Assembly (NCBI GenBank): GCA_965248835.1
Contig: CBDFLJ010000001.1
Coordinates: 608,001 to 672,000 of the forward strand
DNA: 64,000 nucleotides
Source: Alphaproteobacteria bacterium
GTDB lineage: Bacteria; Pseudomonadota; Alphaproteobacteria; MPNO01
Direction: 5' to 3'
Numbering within the stretch: the first letter of the stretch is position 1; every line of letters begins with the position of its first letter. Made by a program: the position numbers and the translations under genes. The notes under the pieces were generated by a model that searched no databases, was not told the DNA's origin, and worked only from the letters and a program-made list of their open reading frames with translations. Shown here piece after piece: positions 61,120 to 64,000 of the stretch.

Positions 61120-61254
61120 CGACGGCGGCCCGTTCGAAATGGCGCCTTGAGCATGTCCGGCGCCTTCACTAAAGTCCGCCGCAGCGACGGCGGTCCGATG
61201 GTCCCATCGGGCACGACCTAAATAATACAGCAACAGCGACAAAGGAAGGTAGAG

Positions 61255-61494
61255 ATGGCGGAGCCGGTTATCGCGCAGAAGGAACCCTATGGCATCGACG
61301 TCGAATCGGGCACGGAATACTGGTGGTGCGCCTGCGGCCGGAGCGCGAACCAGCCGTTCTGCGACGGCTCGCACAAGGGGACCGGGCTGACCCCGATGCA
61401 ATACGATGCAAAGGCGGACCGCAAGGTCTGGTTCTGCGGTTGCAAGCAGACCTCCAACAAGCCGGTTTGCGACGGAACCCACAACAACGTCTGA
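61255..61494 (+). CDS. Tandem CDGSH 2Fe-2S protein (MiNT/CISD3-like)
   Basis: [15 protein letters not shown] and FCGCK.T..PVCDGTH. Confidence 0.93.
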   Translation: MAEPVIAQKEPYGIDVESGTEYWWCACGRSANQPFCDGSHKGTGLTPMQYDAKADRKVWFCGCKQTSNKPVCDGTHNNV

Positions 61495-61499
61495 ACCCC

Positions 61500-62096
61500 G
61501 TGCGGCAAGCGCCGGCACCCGGCAGGGCCGTCCGGCCGCACGCGGCGCGCGGCATCGCGTGGATCCTGGCCGCGGCACTTCTGGCCGGGTGCGCGGGCTC
61601 GGACGGCAAGCGCCCGCGCAAGCTCTGCCCGCGCGTGGATATCCTGGAATACGCCGACGAACTGGTGCGCTTCCTGCCCGGCCCGGGGCGCGACGTGACC
61701 GATGTCGTCTTTCGCACGCGCCTGGTGAACTACCGGGGCGGGTGCGAGGTCGACAAGAACAAGAACAAGGTCGCGGTCGCGCTCGTCCTCGAGTTCGCGC
61801 TGGAACGCGGCCCGGCCAACCGCGACAGCAAAGCCAGCTTCGAATACTTCGTCGCCATCCCGCAATTCCACCCCCAGCCGGCCGGCAAGCGGCGTTTCGC
61901 GGTCGCCGTCGAATTCGAGAAAGGCCGGAACCGGGCCCTCTACCGCGACGAGATCGCGGTCGAGATCCCCCTCGAGCAAGGCCGGGCAAGCAGCGACTTC
62001 AATATCTTCGTCGGCTGCCAGCTTAGCGCGGCCGAGCTGGACTACAACCAGCGCGGCAGGCGCGACGGTGCCCGACCGGAGCAGCGCTTGCGCTGA
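61500..62096 (+). CDS. Hypothetical lipoprotein (start uncertain)
   Basis: Lipobox LAGC, CPRV, YFVAI; typical alphaproteobacterial gene near ispH/gcvT. Confidence 0.7.
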   Translation: MRQAPAPGRAVRPHAARGIAWILAAALLAGCAGSDGKRPRKLCPRVDILEYADELVRFLPGPGRDVTDVVFRTRLVNYRGGCEVDKNKNKVAVALVLEFALERGPANRDSKASFEYFVAIPQFHPQPAGKRRFAVAVEFEKGRNRALYRDEIAVEIPLEQGRASSDFNIFVGCQLSAAELDYNQRGRRDGARPEQRLR

Positions 62097-62158
62097 ACGC
62101 GGGCGTGCAATCCGACCCAGTTGCGGTCTAGAATTCGCGAAACAGTTGGAGGCCGACG

Positions 62159-63226
62159 ATGGGTGGGAGCTACAGCACGCTGATCCTGGGTGCATCTTAC
62201 GGCTCGCTGCTCGCCATCAAGCTGGCGGCCGCAGGCCATTCCGCGAAACTGGTCTGCCTGCCCGAGGAAGCGGCGCTGATCAACGCCGAGGGCCAGAAGG
62301 TCCGCATGCCGGCGAAGGCGCGCGACGGTCTGGTTGAGATCGATTCCCGCACCCTGCCCGGCGACCTGTCGGCCGCGACGCCCGACCAGGTCGACCCCGC
62401 CGCCTATGACCTGATCGCGCTCGCCATGCAGGAGCCGCAATACCGCGCCCCGGGCGTGCGCGCGTTGCTCGACGCGGTCGCCAAGTCGCGCGTGCCGTGC
62501 ATGTCGATCATGAACATGCCGCCGCTGCCTTATCTGCGGCGGATTCCCGGCCTCGATGTCGAGGCGCTGACCGGCTGCTACACCGACGCAAGCGTCTGGG
62601 ACAGCTTCGATCCCGATCTGGTCACCCTGTGCAGCCCCGATCCGCAGGCCTTCCGCCCGCCTGAGGAGAAGACCAACGTCCTCCAGGTGAGCCTGCCGAC
62701 CAACTTCAAAGTGGCTCGGTTCGGCTTCGACCGTCACACGGCGGTCCTGCGCGAACTGCAGGCCGATATCGAGGCGAGCCGCTATGACGACGGCAACGGC
62801 GCGATCGAGCTTCCGGTCAAGCTCAAGGTACACGACTCGGTCTTCGTGCCGCTCGCCAAATGGTCGATGCTGCTGACCGGCAATTACCGCTGCGTGCGCA
62901 AGCACGACATGCAATCGATCCGCGACGCCGTCCACGGCGACATCGAGGCGTCGCGCTCGGTCTACGAGTGGGTGAGCGCGCTCTGCCGGGAGCTCGGCGC
63001 GACGCAAGCCGACCAGGTGCCGTTCGAGAAATACGCCAACGCCGCCCAGGGGCTCGTCAGGCCTTCCTCGGCGGCGCGCGCCCTGCTCGCCGGTGCGCAG
63101 AATATCGAACGGGCCGACAGCCTTGTCCGCGCCATCGCGGCGCAGAAGGGGTTGCGCTCGCAGGCCGTAGACCAGACCGTGGCGCTGGTCGATTCCTGGC
63201 TCGCCGCAAACCGCGAAAAGGCGTGA
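62159..63226 (+). CDS. Uncharacterised Rossmann-fold protein, ketopantoate reductase-like
   Basis: LILGASYGSLLA N-terminal motif, LAMQEPQY, MNMPP, KW..L..N, C-terminal SS..RAL..G...IE. Confidence 0.65.
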   Translation: MGGSYSTLILGASYGSLLAIKLAAAGHSAKLVCLPEEAALINAEGQKVRMPAKARDGLVEIDSRTLPGDLSAATPDQVDPAAYDLIALAMQEPQYRAPGVRALLDAVAKSRVPCMSIMNMPPLPYLRRIPGLDVEALTGCYTDASVWDSFDPDLVTLCSPDPQAFRPPEEKTNVLQVSLPTNFKVARFGFDRHTAVLRELQADIEASRYDDGNGAIELPVKLKVHDSVFVPLAKWSMLLTGNYRCVRKHDMQSIRDAVHGDIEASRSVYEWVSALCRELGATQADQVPFEKYANAAQGLVRPSSAARALLAGAQNIERADSLVRAIAAQKGLRSQAVDQTVALVDSWLAANREKA

Positions 63227-63312
63227 TGACGTCCGTCGCCGGGGCGGGCGACCTGCGCCCGGTTCCCGGCATCATCGTGTGGCTGCCTGAGCCGGTTTGC
63301 GGACGAGGCGGC

Positions 63313-63597
63313 TTACGAGCCGCCGGAGGAGGCCTCGGCCCGGAACCCCCACCATGCCAGGACGCATTGGCCGGTGTCGGGGTGGGTGATCCCCTCGACC
63401 AGGAACTGGCTCTGTATGCGGGCTTTCGCGGCGAACCGGGGCAGGCCGGCGTCCTCGGCGATGTCCTGCTCCATCCACATACAGGGATCGAAGCTCCGGT
63501 ACTGGATGTAGGTCGCCGCCGATGCGGCGAAGGTCAGCAGGACCGATGCCCCGACGAAGGTCATCAATCCGGATCTTGTTCTCATCGCCGCACCCAC
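63313..63597 (-). CDS. Small hypothetical membrane/secreted protein
   Basis: 94-aa ORF with N-terminal hydrophobic helix, DPC..M and QC..AWW. Confidence 0.55.
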   Translation of the reverse strand: MGAAMRTRSGLMTFVGASVLLTFAASAATYIQYRSFDPCMWMEQDIAEDAGLPRFAAKARIQSQFLVEGITHPDTGQCVLAWWGFRAEASSGGS

Positions 63598-63770
63598 CGG
63601 TCCCCAATTCCGGCTGTTGTTGGCAACCCAGCCGGTTGAGGCTGTTTATACCATGCCCGGCTTCCGTCGCGCCAACCGCCGCCCCGCGACAATGTTGACG
63701 TTCACAATCCAGGCAATAAGATGGCCTTCGTTCGGCCCCGATGGCTGATCGCTGCGTTACACAGTCGAAT

Positions 63771-63847
63771 CCTGCGGGAGAGGTCGGCGGTCTGCCGGCG
63801 CCGAAGGAGCAAGCGTCCCGGAAACTCTCAGGCAAAGGGACCGCAGG
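63771..63847 (+). ncRNA. Glycine riboswitch aptamer 1
   Basis: CCTGCGG/CCGCAGG P1, GGAGAG, CGCCGAAGGAGCAA, AAACTCTCAGGCAAA. Confidence 0.92.
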
Positions 63848-63856
63848 GGGATGTGT

Positions 63857-63964
63857 CTCTGGAAAGCAGTCCGGTCCGTCTTGGGCGGGTCGGCCTCACC
63901 GAAGGGGTAAGCCCGCACCCGGCGACAGGCCGGGCGGGGGAATCTCTCAGGTCCACCGACAGAG
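63857..63964 (+). ncRNA. Glycine riboswitch aptamer 2 (probably precedes gcvT beyond the window)
   Basis: CTCTGGAAAG, CACCGAAGGGGTAA, AATCTCTCAGG, closing CAGAG. Confidence 0.92.
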
Positions 63965-64000
63965 GGGGCGCGCGGCGCGACGCACGCGTGCCGTTTGTCG

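Overview
High-GC alphaproteobacterial (Rhodospirillales-like) chromosome segment with two halves. The left ~29 kb is accessory catabolism. It holds a 9-gene CoA-dependent ring-opening/beta-oxidation operon with no thiolase, a mosaic of two UbiD (de)carboxylases and two Rieske oxygenase alpha subunits (one beta, no reductase, no ubiX), and a 4-gene operon joining a single-domain MetE-like Zn enzyme to a three-subunit cobalt nitrile/thiocyanate-hydrolase (split beta, CTLCSCYPR). It also has an LLM monooxygenase/hydrolase pair and a degenerate orphan SoeC/DmsC anchor divergent from a persulfide dioxygenase. The right ~35 kb is housekeeping backbone (xseB, tlyA, aroC, fabI, pdxH, hemA, moaA, fdhD, mobA, ubiA, rsmE, gshA, tldD, ctaD, ctaB, thrC, rnhA, thrB, ispH) ending in a tandem glycine riboswitch. 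Anomalies in the backbone are a diverged cytochrome c oxidase subunit I lacking its usual subunit II/III/CtaG/SURF1 neighbours, ispA-dxs absent between xseB and tlyA, a GIY-YIG-motif gene inside fdhD-mobA, and a ~430-bp non-autonomous ISNCY/IS1202-like element. The best candidate for an undescribed system is the MetE-like + thiocyanate-hydrolase-type operon (21782-24161). All family calls come from motif recognition by eye; no searches were run.
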